The notes beneath the pieces are model-generated. The model made no database searches and was not told the origin of the DNA. It saw nothing but the letters and a program-made list of their open reading frames with translations. A stretch of 64,000 nt of DNA, from the NCBI GenBank assembly GCA_964016885.1, contig OZ024741.1, forward strand, positions 87,668,001 to 87,732,000. The letters run 5' to 3'. The stretch's first letter is position 1. The number at the start of each line of letters is the position of its first letter. Below, one piece after another: positions 14,050-26,675 of the stretch. The position numbers and the translations under genes are program-made. This stretch comes from Eledone cirrhosa (lineage: Eukaryota).

Positions 14050-14655
14050 TTCAGAAGATACTCATTTGAAGTCGAGGCTTACGGCTATGGATGGTATTGT
14101 TGTCAACCTTTAAAAAATGCTTCCTTGTTTTAATAAGGTTCACCACAGTGTCGTCATCAAATGGAAGTATTTTGCAGCATTTTTAATAAGCCAACCCTAT
14201 GGGAGCGAAACAAAAAGATTCATCTAACTGATCGTCAAACATGACAGGTTACTGTGGAAAGATCTGTCGAGAATCGCATAGGTTTGTGTAATCACGTCCA
14301 GATTATCGACGGCAAGCGTTAATCTCTCCGTGGGTTCCATAGGCAAAATCTTAAACCCTGCATATAGGGGTATTTTGGACTGAGAATTGTCGGTGATGTT
14401 TCCTTTTCTTAACATCATTCTCAGCAGCATCACCACTCCTCACATTTGTTTATGCTCACGCCAAGACCACTGTTTTACCATACCAGTCCAGGAAAGTCGT
14501 TCATACATTGAATTTCAAACTTTCCCAAAACAACTCTGCCCTTCCGCTTGATCTGTGCCAACAAAAAGATGCGTACCCCTGGTAGTCGTCGAGCAAGTTG
14601 TTCCATTGTTCAAATACCTGGAAGATTCGACGGAGGTCCTATAGATACCCTCTTG
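14050..14655 (-). mobile_element. Possible decayed R4/Dong RT remnant
   Basis: Frameshifted W-x-DY-x-x-x-x-DS-like and FW-like motifs on minus; abuts (GTT)n. Confidence 0.35.
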
Positions 14656-14658
14656 TTC

Positions 14659-15397
<739 letters not shown>

Positions 15398-15469
15398 TGG
15401 ACACACCCCAGGAACACGGAGATTATCATGTGGGGTAATAGAAACTCGCATTAAACTACCGAATAAATA

Positions 15470-15735
15470 ATAATGATTTTTTTGCGGAGTTTCTCAAGCA
15501 ATCGGTTGCCATGTGAAGCGCTAATTGGCCACAGACCAGTCCCTGATTTCAGTGGCTTTTGATGAAAACTGTAAAGCGTTTTGGGACCCTGCTTAGCGCC
15601 CAAATGACAACTTTTGTCTCTACATAGTGCTCAATTCTAATAATGACTGCTAGGTCTGAATACTTATTGATCTTTTCCATTTCATTTCCAGCTACATTGT
15701 GGTCTTGAGAGACCGCAATATTAATTAGGATCCAT
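15470..15735 (-). mobile_element. R4/Dong-type RLE endonuclease 3' fragment
   Basis: ILINIAVSQDHNV...EMEKINKYSDLA...VVIWALSRVPK, an RLE C-terminal motif. Confidence 0.65.
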
Positions 15736-16260
15736 TTTTTTTTTTTTAGCCACACAAGGTTGTCATTGCATAGGACAGCACAATACGATACACGTCGGTA
15801 CATGACTGAACAGAATGGCACAGGTCGGCACATGACAATACAATGTGGGTTTTTTCGTGTAAAATCTGTGATAGCAGTAACAAAAATGTAAAAAATCCAA
15901 CAAAAGAAAACTCCCCAAAAGGGGTGAGGCGACTTCTGAGAGACACTCATGGAGAAAGCTCACAAAAAAAACACGGCTATCTTGACTGCCATGGCAAGAG
16001 ACCCCTACCACCTGTCATTCTCAAATCTACAGGCACATGCTCAGAGCACCGACCAACTGACCACCTTATCCACTAGTCTCACATAGTCCCAGCATGCAGC
16101 CAAGATCCCGTTCTAATCGCCTACTAACACTAAAGAGCCCTACGTTCCTATCAAAGTTTCCAGGCGCTGGAAAAAAAATCAGGCCGCCCTGCCCCTGTTG
16201 GGGCATAGACGGCCACTAAACTGAAAGTGTGTCCGTCGCTGCTGGTCACGTCCACCAACA
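15736..16260 (-). mobile_element. Tx1-like LINE fragments (3' UTR with poly(A), APE piece)
   Basis: 15750-16010 resembles the 3' UTR at 58800-59040; LVDVTSSDG..FSLVAVYAPTGAGRPDFF matches the copy C APE. Confidence 0.75.
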
Positions 16261-16879
16261 CCAATATCAATAATGTATTTACTTGTGGTAGCTTGTCTAG
16301 ATCTAGCGCGTTTCCCAGGGTTTTTCTTGGTTGTGTAAATGCTACTAGCGCTGTTATTAATGTTGTCAGTATTAGTGTCTCCCCCAGAGGCACCATGTGA
16401 AACGTTAGGAGGGCTATATGATACGTTGTGCAATTCTGTAACTGCTTTATTTGTGTTAGTGTCAGTATTCGCGGTAGCGCTGGTGCTTTCTAGGTTTGAT
16501 GAGTTAGAGTAATTTATTGAAATATCCGGGCTAGTAGTTGAAGTATGGGTCTGTACCTAATTATTGTTAAAATTCGATGTTAGACGCGTTTATTTGAGGT
16601 TAGATGTGGTAGAGTACGATAGTTTAACTGTAAAGGTATTTAATATCTGATGGTATCTGTGTGTGAATGTAGAAATTGCACGAGTGTGCATGTATTATAT
16701 AAATATGTTTAATACATATACATATATGTGTGTGTATAAAGTCTGCTTTATTATAAGGAGTTATTTAATCACTAACAATGCATCGTTGCTCAGCAGGTAG
16801 CCACTAGTGTCACCTTACGTCTGCTTCAATTGAACAAATCGGAAGAATAGAAGTTACTATATCGTACAGGAGAGATAAA

Positions 16880-17075
16880 TTGCTGTTAGAGCGTCGGAGA
16901 AATGCGTGGCAGTATTTGCTCCAGCTTTATACATTCTGAGATCACATCTCGCTGAGGTCAACTTTGCTTTTCGTCTCGCCAGAGTCAATAAAATAAAGTA
17001 TTGGTCAAGTACTGGGGGCGATATAATTACCTTTCCATTACCTTTAAAATTACTGGCATTGAAAATTTGGAATAT
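16880..17075 (+). mobile_element. CORE-type SINE, decayed
   Basis: GAGGTCAACTTTGCTTTTC...GTCAATAAAATAAAGTA, homologous to the SINE at 5098. Confidence 0.7.
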
Positions 17076-17401
17076 TTGCCGCAAGATACTACTTCGCACC
17101 AGTCGGTGTAGATCTAAAGACAGTTACTAGTTTATTCTCATAATATATGGCAATTATACACATCATGAATGGTTGGTATATAATTCAATCAGGAACGAAC
17201 AAAGGAATAAAATAGTAACTTTATATATCAAACAGAATAAATTATTATCATGGAAAAGGGTGTGAAAAATAACGACACACTGTTGTACTTGGGAATAAAG
17301 GTTAAAAGGTTAAAGTAGATGTTATAAGAACTATAGACACATATGGACACATACGCATATATAAACATTGTCATTACAATTTCAGTTTATCTAGGCGAGG
17401 T

Positions 17402-17700
17402 GGACGCAGTATAGCCGAATGGTTAAGGAGTTTGCTTGGCAATCGTTAGGTCATAGATTCGATTCCACTACGTGACATCTTGGTCAAGTGTCATTTGCCA
17501 TAGTCTCGGATCACGACATGAATTGTAAGTGAAATTGGGTGTATGGAAATTGTTTGGAGGCCCGTTAGCTAACCTGTACCAGTAAGTGAAGAGGCAAACT
17601 TTGTCACACGCTGCCTTACTCTGAATCTCCTTGAGAATTACGTTAAAAGGTAACATACCTGTGAAATGTTCAGTCACACGTTAATCTAACGTTCATTAAG
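17402..17700 (+). mobile_element. tRNA-derived SINE
   Basis: A-box TAGCCGAATGGTTAAGG and B-box GATTCGATTCC; body homologous to 37145-37340. Confidence 0.75.
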
Positions 17701-17702
17701 CA

Positions 17703-17735
<33 letters not shown>

Positions 17736-17773
17736 CGCGCGCGCGTGTGTGTGCGTGCATGTGTGTGTGTGTA

Positions 17774-17874
<101 letters not shown>

Positions 17875-18354
17875 ATGGATATATTTATGTATGTATGTAT
17901 GTGCGAGCGTGTGCGTGTTTGTAATATAATGTATATTTTAAATCACATTTAAAATTAAATCACATGTATTCATTAAATAATGTTGTTCAAACTCCTTAAT
18001 TCAATTTGCATAATTAGTGTCGTGTTGCTGACTTATCCAGTTGCGCAAAATGGATTACCTTGCATTATACAACTGTTTATGAATAATTATTTAATTAATT
18101 TCCATAACCCGCTACCAAGGCACTGCTTATGTAAATCATATTAATCATCATTATATTTATTTACTATACTTAGTTATCAACAACATTTCTTTCCGTGACC
18201 AGATTGACTAGTTATCTATTTCTGAAGAGAATCAAATGGTATTTAAAAACGTTTAAATAAATCCACATTTTCTGTCCGTGAGGGCAAAGAAGAACACATC
18301 TGTTTACATTTGGAACGACACAGCGTCATATGCAGCGCGCGCACACACACACAA

Positions 18355-18385
<31 letters not shown>

Positions 18386-18658
18386 CGCTGTGTCATTCCA
18401 AATGTAAACAGATGTGTTCTTCTTTGTACGGCTCGGAAAAGCTTCTTTCTTAGAGCTATTTAATTGTAAGGGGCTACCCTGAGTTCTTAACTCAATATAT
18501 ATTTGTCGGCTCCTTCATGTAGAGCTAATTTTTATTGTCGTGTCAGCCAGGCTGCTATTTTTAGTGGCAGGGAATTTCGAGACAAGCTGGGTTCCAATTC
18601 ATATCGTACACAATTCCTTTTCTAATATTTTTAGAAGTGAAAGGATCACTAATTTCTC

Positions 18659-18740
18659 AACAACTACTGAGGAGCAGAGAAACGTGAAAACTTCACTTAA
18701 TAAGTCGTTGCGAAACAGTCTCCAACACTGTCTAGTTGTT
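18659..18740 (+). ncRNA. Type I hammerhead ribozyme, canonical core, full helix III
   Basis: AACAACTA-CTGAGGA-GCAG[loop]TTGC-GAA-ACAGT[CTCCAAC]ACTGT-C-TAGTTGTT: 8-bp helix I, 4-bp helix II, 5-bp helix III, GUC cleavage triplet. Confidence 0.9.
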
Positions 18741-18922
18741 ACCAGGCATGTTTGCCTGGTAACAACTAGAGTGTTGTCTGTTATTTTTCTTAATTTAATA
18801 TTTAAAGTTAAGGATAACAAACGATATTGCTGTAGTTAGTATTTTTTCACCCTAGCAAATTTGAGTCCTTACGATTCGAATACATATATGTTTATATTAG
18901 TGTTCATCTCTCTTGTTTATTC

Positions 18923-19032
<110 letters not shown>

Positions 19033-19279
19033 CTATATTAATATAATAGTATATTAAATATCAAATGATTTATATATAAATATAGTAAAATAAAAAAATA
19101 TATAATACTAATTTATACATAGTATATATTATATTATTTATTATTTATAAATTAACAATTATTTATATGTTATGTACAATTTGCGTGTAGGCATGTCTTC
19201 TGGAAATATGGGTCGGGGTGGTGAGGTTATTACGTGGCCGTGAGGGGTGCAAAACTCGTTTATATATAATATATATACA

Positions 19280-19354
<75 letters not shown>

Positions 19355-19414
19355 GTAAGTATGTATGTATACGTACATACAAATATGTATACAGACGTAC
19401 AGTAAGTAGCATGC

Positions 19415-19445
<31 letters not shown>

Positions 19446-19596
19446 CAGGTACACATACATATATGCACGTATCAGTTTAGCGGACGCTTATTATAACGCC
19501 GCTTTGTTCGTTTGTAAACAAACTGAACAGCCTGAATTTATGCCGTACGGTGTTAAGGCAACCACGTCACCTTTTTGTTCAACACTGACACAGGAA

Positions 19597-19637
19597 CGAT
19601 GTACTAGTTTCAAGCTTGTTAGCTATCATCAGCACCG
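19597..19637 (-). ncRNA. Minimal type I hammerhead ribozyme
   Basis: Exact reverse complement of 20001-20041. Confidence 0.88.
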
Positions 19638-20000
19638 TATACCCTTCTGCCAGATAGTTGAACGTTCGAAAGTATATACTTTCCTTATGAAAATTAACGG
19701 CTGAGCAGCCTAATTTGCATATCGAGTGAGTTAAGCGGCGTTATAATAAGCGTCCACTAAACATGCTACTGTACGTCTGTATACATATATGTATGTACGT
19801 ATACATACATAATTACATTTAAGTAAGTGCCGTACTAAGAGTGAGAAATGAAATTTCGTTTTCATTTTATTTCAACTTATCGTTTTCGGTATGCCTGACC
19901 GACTTAACTCACTCGATGTGCAAATTAGGCTGCTCAGCCGTTAATTTTCATAAGGAAAGTATATACTTTCGAACGTTCAACTATCTGGCAGAAGGGAATA

Positions 20001-20041
20001 CGGTGCTGATGATAGCTAACAAGCTTGAAACTAGTACATCG
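20001..20041 (+). ncRNA. Minimal type I hammerhead ribozyme (palindromic helix III)
   Basis: CGGTG-CTGATGA-T-AGCT[AACA]AGCT-T-GAA-ACTAGT-A-CATCG; GUA triplet. Confidence 0.88.
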
Positions 20042-20192
20042 TTCCTGTGTCAGTGTTGAACAAAAAGGTGACGTGGTTGCCTTAACACCGTACGGCATAA
20101 ATTCAGTCTGTTCAGTTTGTTTACAAACGAACAAAGCGGCGTTATAATAAGCGTCCGCTAAACTGATACGTGCATATATGTATGTGTACCTG

Positions 20193-20258
<66 letters not shown>

Positions 20259-20370
20259 TGCTACTGTACGTCTGTATACATATATGTATGTACCTATACA
20301 TACATACTTACATTTAAGTAAGTGCCGTACTAAGAGTGAGAAATGAAATTTCGTTTTCATTTTATTTCAG

Positions 20371-20467
<97 letters not shown>

Positions 20468-20956
20468 ATATATATATATATATTATATATAAAAGAGTTT
20501 TGCACCCCTCACGGCCACGTAATAACCTCACCACCCCCACCCATATTTCCAGAAGACATGCCTACACGCAAATTGTACATAACATATAAATAATTGTTAA
20601 TTTATAAATAATAAATAATATAATATATACTATGTATAAATAAGTATTATATTTTTTTTATTTTACTATATTTATATATAAATCATTTGATATTTAATAT
20701 ACTATTATATCATCTCTACCGCCACCTCCGCCACCATCCCCGTGGGGTGAGGAGTATTTATTTTGAAAACCTCTGGTTTAGCTCTGTTTACTCTAAAATG
20801 GTCAGAAAACTTCGATATCCGATAAACATAACATGTACATAAATTCTAGCGCATATCCAAATAGATGTGTGGTGTTTTGGTAGCTTGGGGAGAAAAATAT
20901 AATTATTACGGGGGGGCATGCCCCCCCCCCCTATTTCCCCAGTTCCACCGCCCCTG

Positions 20957-21005
<49 letters not shown>

Positions 21006-21104
21006 ATTTATATATAATATAAATATATATATATTATATATATACAATTTAAAACAAAATTATGCTCTGTACCCTTTCCTAGGTTCCTTATATTTAAAAA
21101 AATC

Positions 21105-21206
21105 ATCACTTTACGATCGTTTCTGGGATATATATATATGTATGTTGATATATATGTATGTTGGTATGTATATATGGTACTTATATATACCATCTTCAGA
21201 AATGAT
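21105..21206 (-). ncRNA. Type I hammerhead with microsatellite-expanded helix II
   Basis: ATCATTT-CTGAAGA-TGG[~60 nt TA/CATA-rich]CCA-GAA-ACGATCGT-A-AAGTGAT; 7-bp helix I, GUA triplet. Confidence 0.8.
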
Positions 21207-21514
21207 CTATATATATTAGTCTACGACCTCTTTTATACCATAAACGTGGTTCTGTCTGCGCGTAATTGTTTTTCACCGCTCCTATTAATGACGTATTATA
21301 TTCGTTTTTTCCCGTTCTTTGCCAGGGAACGTTTCCACGAACCAAAGTATCGCCTTCCTGTCTTCCTCCGGTTGCAACGTTTTTTGAAATATCCACTTCT
21401 GCGTTTCAGATTGACTTTGTTAGTTTCAGAAGATCCCGTTAAGAGTGAAAGCAGCGATTCTTTGCTTAAACTTTAATCTGTTATTTTAATAAATATATAT
21501 ATAGAGAGAGAGAG

Positions 21515-21653
21515 ATCATTTCTGAAGATGGCATATATAAGTAAAGGTATGTATATCTCCTCTGATAATTTGTAATATTTTTTTACATACATCATTAATA
21601 TGACATACATACGAACATACACATATATATCCCAGAAACGATCGTGAAGAGAT
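21515..21653 (+). ncRNA. Inverted sister hammerhead, probably inactive (GUG triplet)
   Basis: ATCATTT-CTGAAGA-TGG[~100 nt]CCA-GAA-ACGATCGT-G-AAGAGAT. Confidence 0.65.
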
Positions 21654-21705
21654 GATTTTTTAAATATAAGGAAACTGTTCTTCTTTTATTTCATTGTTTT
21701 TATTA

Positions 21706-21781
<76 letters not shown>

Positions 21782-21802
21782 ACTAGAAATTGATTGACAT
21801 AT

Positions 21803-21863
21803 CTCTTTTACTCTTTTACCTGTTTCAGCCATCCGGCTGAGGCCATGCTGGGGCACCGCCCTT
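21803..21863 (-). mobile_element. SINE 3'-tail fragment
   Basis: Minus: GGCGGTGCCCCAGCATGGCC...GCTGAAACAGGTAAAAGAGTAAAGA; absent from the sister direct repeat at 22387. Confidence 0.75.
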
Positions 21864-21996
21864 ATATATTTAAAATAAACACATGAAACAATCACAGGAG
21901 ATAATTTGTAAAGTGTGTAATCACACATAGCTAGGTAGGTAACTAATTAAAGTTTAACTAGAGCTTCAAATATTACCTTTTAAAAAAATGATTAAT

Positions 21997-22085
21997 CCTC
22001 CTTGTATATATTTCATTAAAGAAATATATTTCACCAATAATGCGTAAAGTCACAGTAGTAAAATCTTGGATCTTCAGCAAGGGGG
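21997..22085 (-). ncRNA. Type I hammerhead ribozyme with 9-bp helix III
   Basis: CCCCCTTG-CTGAAGA-T-CCAA[loop]TTGG-T-GAA-ATATATTTC[TTTAAT]GAAATATAT-A-CAAGGAGG; AUA triplet. Confidence 0.82.
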
Positions 22086-22535
22086 AAGATATAGCTATCT
22101 GTGTTTACACATCAAATGCAAATCTGCGAGTGACCCGTCGTACGTGTTGCAATTCTAAAACTACTTACAACATGCTAACGTCCTGCCATTGGCGTGAATA
22201 GGGTGGTGGACACCTATAAATAGCAGCCGAGTCCTTTCAACCGATTTAGCTCTACAATTAAGGAGCCGTTTAAATATCCGAAATAATTTTAATTAAATTA
22301 AATTAAGGGAGTCATGTGCGAGACATGCGCCATATCCACCGTAGAATAAGCTCAAAGATTCCAATGAATAGATCCGAGCATTTTATATCAACTAGAAATT
22401 GATTGGCATATATATATATATTTTAAATAAACACATGAAACAATCCCATGGGATAATTTGTAAAGTGTGTAATCACACATAGCTAGTTAGGTAACTAATT
22501 AAAGTTTAACTAGAGCTTCAAATATTAACTTTAAA

Positions 22536-22584
<49 letters not shown>

Positions 22585-22830
22585 CACACACATGAGAACG
22601 GACGAGGGATACAAGAACACGCTCTATCCGTTCCTTCGTCGTTTCACTTTGGATTGCCTCGGGAACATAACCTTAGTAAGTAAGAAGCTGTCTGATGATG
22701 TCACGGCACTGGGTACACGAAATCTTGTTGCCACTGTCGTCATTGAAGTATGTATCACACCATTATCAATAAAGGACTTTAACATCTGAAACTACTTCGC
22801 ATTTTCTTATTCTCTCTCTCTCTCTCCTTA

Positions 22831-22942
<112 letters not shown>

Positions 22943-22968
22943 ATAATAAAATGTGGAGAGGAAGCACA

Positions 22969-23072
<104 letters not shown>

Positions 23073-23199
23073 AAAGTTATATTTAAATTGTTGGGTTACA
23101 ACTAGTAAATATTTATAACTGATATAAAAGCACTCAACAAGTATTTGGAGTATATTTACGATATTAAATAAATGGAAACTATATTTATAAAACCATATT

Positions 23200-23265
23200 T
23201 ATTTCATTATATATATTTCAGGGATATCATATTAACAATATGTTATGCCTTCCTCAGACAAAATA
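23200..23265 (-). ncRNA. Type I hammerhead ribozyme, PLE type
   Basis: TATTTTGT-CTGAGGA-AGG..CATATT[loop]AATATG..CCT-GAA-ATATATAT-A-ATGAAATA. Confidence 0.82.
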
Positions 23266-23298
23266 CAATATAAATATAGTTTCCATTTATTTAATATC

Positions 23299-23337
<39 letters not shown>

Positions 23338-23338
<1 letters not shown>

Positions 23339-23389
23339 GCTTTCCTGGTGATTCCTCCCGAATGAAACAGTTCTAGTCCTGTAGAAGCC
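23338..23389 (+). ncRNA. Isolated hammerhead remnant (core A6G)
   Basis: GGCTTTC-CTGGTGA-TTC[CTCCC]GAA-T-GAA-ACAG[8 nt]CTGT-A-GAAGCC. Confidence 0.55.
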
Positions 23390-23433
<44 letters not shown>

Positions 23434-23552
23434 CGTTTCTGAATTTGTTTAGCAAGATTCTTTATCTGAAAACGTGTGTTGAAACCGATATTGTTATGCT
23501 TTGGGAGGGTCATGTTGCCAATAAGAAACACACGCACCAGTTGCTTTCACTT

Positions 23553-23665
23553 GATGAAAGGCAAAGTCAACCTCGGCGGGATTTGAACTCAGATCGTAAA
23601 GGGACGTAACTATGCTGGAAAGCATGGCGTCCGACCCTCTACCGATACTGCCAATCCACCGCCCT
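23553..23665 (-). mobile_element. SINE head, same family as 5098-5284
   Basis: Near-identical to 5171-5283. Confidence 0.85.
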
Positions 23666-24540
23666 ATATGTATAAATTAATAACATTGTATATAAAGGAT
23701 TAATTTATTAACATAAGGGATTTATCTTGCCTAATATTGGGTAGATAACAATCTAATGAAACATTTAATATATTATGAGAGAGTAGACTGTATTTAAAAT
23801 TAAATATAAATATATAACATTTTGTATAAGGGATTCAATTGTGGCACTATATAATGTCTATTAGAGCAAAGCATTTTAATATTATAATGAGCTAGTTAAC
23901 TCCCCTTACGCATTAGCTCCCCTTAATTCCATATCCATTTCCGGATATTAAACAGTTGAAAAATCTGGCTGTAGAACAACTCTAATCCATGAATATGAAT
24001 ACAATAAGACCAAGTTACAATCCATTACTATAACTAACTAAAAACACTCAATACAAACATTAACTAAAATATAACTTAACATATGTAATGGATGGGAAAT
24101 CTGTAACTTTCATATTCTACACACATACATATTTGAACTATACAGAAACTATCCTCGCATTACATCCTCCATAATACACTAACATATTCGCTTGTATTTT
24201 ATGTAATACCTTGTCATACAGTACTCATATATGCCTAATACATTTGCCTGTTTCCTTCCCATATATAGGACTAACGCATGTACAATCTCTACACGCTTCC
24301 TGAATGCCTCTTTAATTATTAGACTATTCTATTGTATTATCTGTCACATGTATTCCACTCTGTGCTTTTAATTTTAATTTTAATTTTAATCTTAATTTGA
24401 ATTATTGTACAATTCTCGTATAATATATGTCGCATCCATTACACCCTATATATACTAAACTGTTGTTCACAACATCAATATATATGTATCTATATGATTC
24501 TTCAGTTGAATAGGAGGTTAATTACATGTACAGACATTGA

Positions 24541-24594
24541 TAATGCTCCGATGACTCCAAACTAAAGTTTGGAAGAAACAATTGTCAGCGATTA
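24541..24594 (+). ncRNA. Type I hammerhead ribozyme (U4C core variant)
   Basis: TAATGCT-CCGATGA-C-TCCAAACT[AA]AGTTTGGA-A-GAA-ACAATTGT-C-AGCGATTA; GUC triplet. Confidence 0.75.
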
Positions 24595-25094
24595 AATGAT
24601 TTGAACATAACTTTGATACTTGTGTATTTTATATTCCTGCTCTGTAAAACACCTGATGTTCTTACATTGAGCTATTTCTCTTATTGGTAATAAGGTAGTA
24701 ATAAATTACTGACCTTTCCTGTTTATAGTTATTTATAGTATAGTATATACATAACTATAAATAGTATCTTTATTATTATATATATGATGGCTGCACCCTC
24801 GTTATCGAGTATGCCATTGCACGAGAAAAAGAAGTAAATAAATAAAATAAATAAATAAATTTTAAAAAAAAAAATATATATATATATATACACACACACA
24901 TACATACATAAATACATACATACACACACATATATACATACACATACATATAGATACACATATATTAATAACAATAATAATAATAATAACAACAATAATA
25001 ATAACGACAACAACAATAATAATATACATATACATATATATATATACACACACACGCACACACATAAACATATCTATACTCACACACACACGAT

Positions 25095-25500
25095 AGCAAC
25101 TAACAGCGCTGCGATCGAATGTGGCTTTTTAGCCCAGCCAATGATCTAAAATGTCTTGCACAGAGTCGGCAACCAAAACATTGACTGGGAATAGTCGGCT
25201 GTGGTTGGAGTTCATGTACTTTTGCATGTCGTTTGAGCCCTCCTGCTGATTTACATTCTCTACCACATGTAGGCAAGCATGATGAGTAGCATCTCCTGGT
25301 AGTCAACAACTGGTCTTACTTTATGACTGCGAAGATGACTTTCGAGTCCAGCTTTGTTTAGGCAGAGTCTCGCACAGACGCTGTATGTCAGCACCATAGG
25401 AGGACCCTCGCCGTCTGGAAGTGCAACAGCAATGCCCTTCCTCACATCCCGCTTTACTTTCTCGTATGCGATTCGAGATGCCTCAAAGGCAACTTTTCCC
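25095..25500 (-). mobile_element. RTE-clade LINE 3' end with C2H2-like fingers
   Basis: CARLCLNKAGLESHLRSH, CGRECKSAGGLKRHAKVH, CRLCARHFRSLAGLKSHIRS; same tail type as 44900-45140. Confidence 0.7.
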
Positions 25501-25513
25501 TCATATATATATA

Positions 25514-25544
<31 letters not shown>

Positions 25545-25581
25545 TAATATGGAAAACGAAGAATCATTGATGCATCGGAAC

Positions 25582-25626
<45 letters not shown>

Positions 25627-25719
25627 TGTACGTATAGTATATTTGATAATATGCTGTATCTTATGGCTTGGCTATTGGTGAGCTTTGTTACTCTAACGTT
25701 TCACCTGTGCACTCACCAA

Positions 25720-26670
25720 ACTCCTCTCCTCTCTATGTCTATCACACAAAACTCTCATTTAATCCACCTCTCTGTATCTACTAAAACCAAACTCTATTTT
25801 ATATCATATATATATATATATAATTGGTGTTGGATGCTTAAAGCGTCCGATTGCGTATGAGCACTCGATACCCTCGTAGAGCAGAGTAGGATATCACAGA
25901 AGAAAGAGAATCAGTGTTGCGACGAAAGGAATTTATTGGACATATTACACACAACACTCTCATTTAATCCACCTCTCTGTATCTACTAAAACCAAACTCT
26001 CCCTCTCTCTATATGTACTACACGGCACTCACTCATCATCCCTCTATATATATCTATAAGCACCAAATTCTCCACCTCTCTATATCTAACATACAAATCT
26101 CTCTCCCAATCACCCTCTTTATATCAACCATCTCCAAACTCTGCCCCTCACCATCTCTATCACACCCTCGTAATCGTTCTCTCTCTATCCATCACAAACT
26201 GCCCCTCTATATCTTTTATGACAATCTCATCCAGTACCCCTCTATATATTGAGTAATACCTCTCCCAATCCACTCATTATATCTACAAGAATTAAAATCT
26301 ACCCCTCTCTATATCTACTACACGACACTCTCTCTCCCAATCCCCCTCTCTATTTCAATTACCACCAAACTATCTACCCCTCTATATCTGCCATACAACA
26401 CTCTCACTCTCTATCCATCACTAACAAACTCTCCCTCTCTCTACGGCAACCATACAACACACTGTCGCAATCCCCCTCTCTATATCTACTACACGGAACT
26501 CTCTTCCAATCTCTCTCCCTATATCAATTAACACCAAACTCTCACCCTCTGTATATCTACTAGACGGAACTCTCTTCCAGCCCCCTCTATATCAATAAAC
26601 ATCAATCTCTCCCCCTCTTTATATCTAATATGCAATACACTCTTCCAATCCCCTCTCTATATCAATTACC
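25720..26670. repeat. Degenerate CT-rich minisatellite related to the 71-bp array
   Basis: Repeated CCCCTCTCTATATC / CACCAAACTCTC / CTACTACACGGAA motifs. Confidence 0.8.
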
Positions 26671-26675
26671 ACATA

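Larger units (their letters stand above)
19041..20710. repeat. ~1.7-kb nested inverted repeat (palindrome)
   Basis: Outer arms 19041-~19280 / ~20470-20710; inner arms 19351-19735 / 19903-20315; 167-bp spacer; very few mismatches. Confidence 0.95.

Noticed and set aside
17402-17480. tRNA gene
   Set aside because: A and B boxes are present, but there is no cloverleaf and the sequence continues into a SINE body
18217-18260. TATTT-CTGAAGA...AAAACGTT-TAAATA hammerhead candidate
   Set aside because: GAAA is missing and helix II is poor; at best a decayed remnant
19411-20134. Duplicated [11 protein letters not shown]...KING on both strands
   Set aside because: By-product of the palindrome, antisense to the hammerhead, with no recognisable domain
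22688-22735. CTGATGA...GAAA hammerhead candidate
   Set aside because: Helix II is weak and helices I and III are not convincing
25100-25309. Host C2H2 zinc-finger gene
   Set aside because: Matches the C-terminal tail type of RTE elements (cf. 44900-45140) and has no exon context
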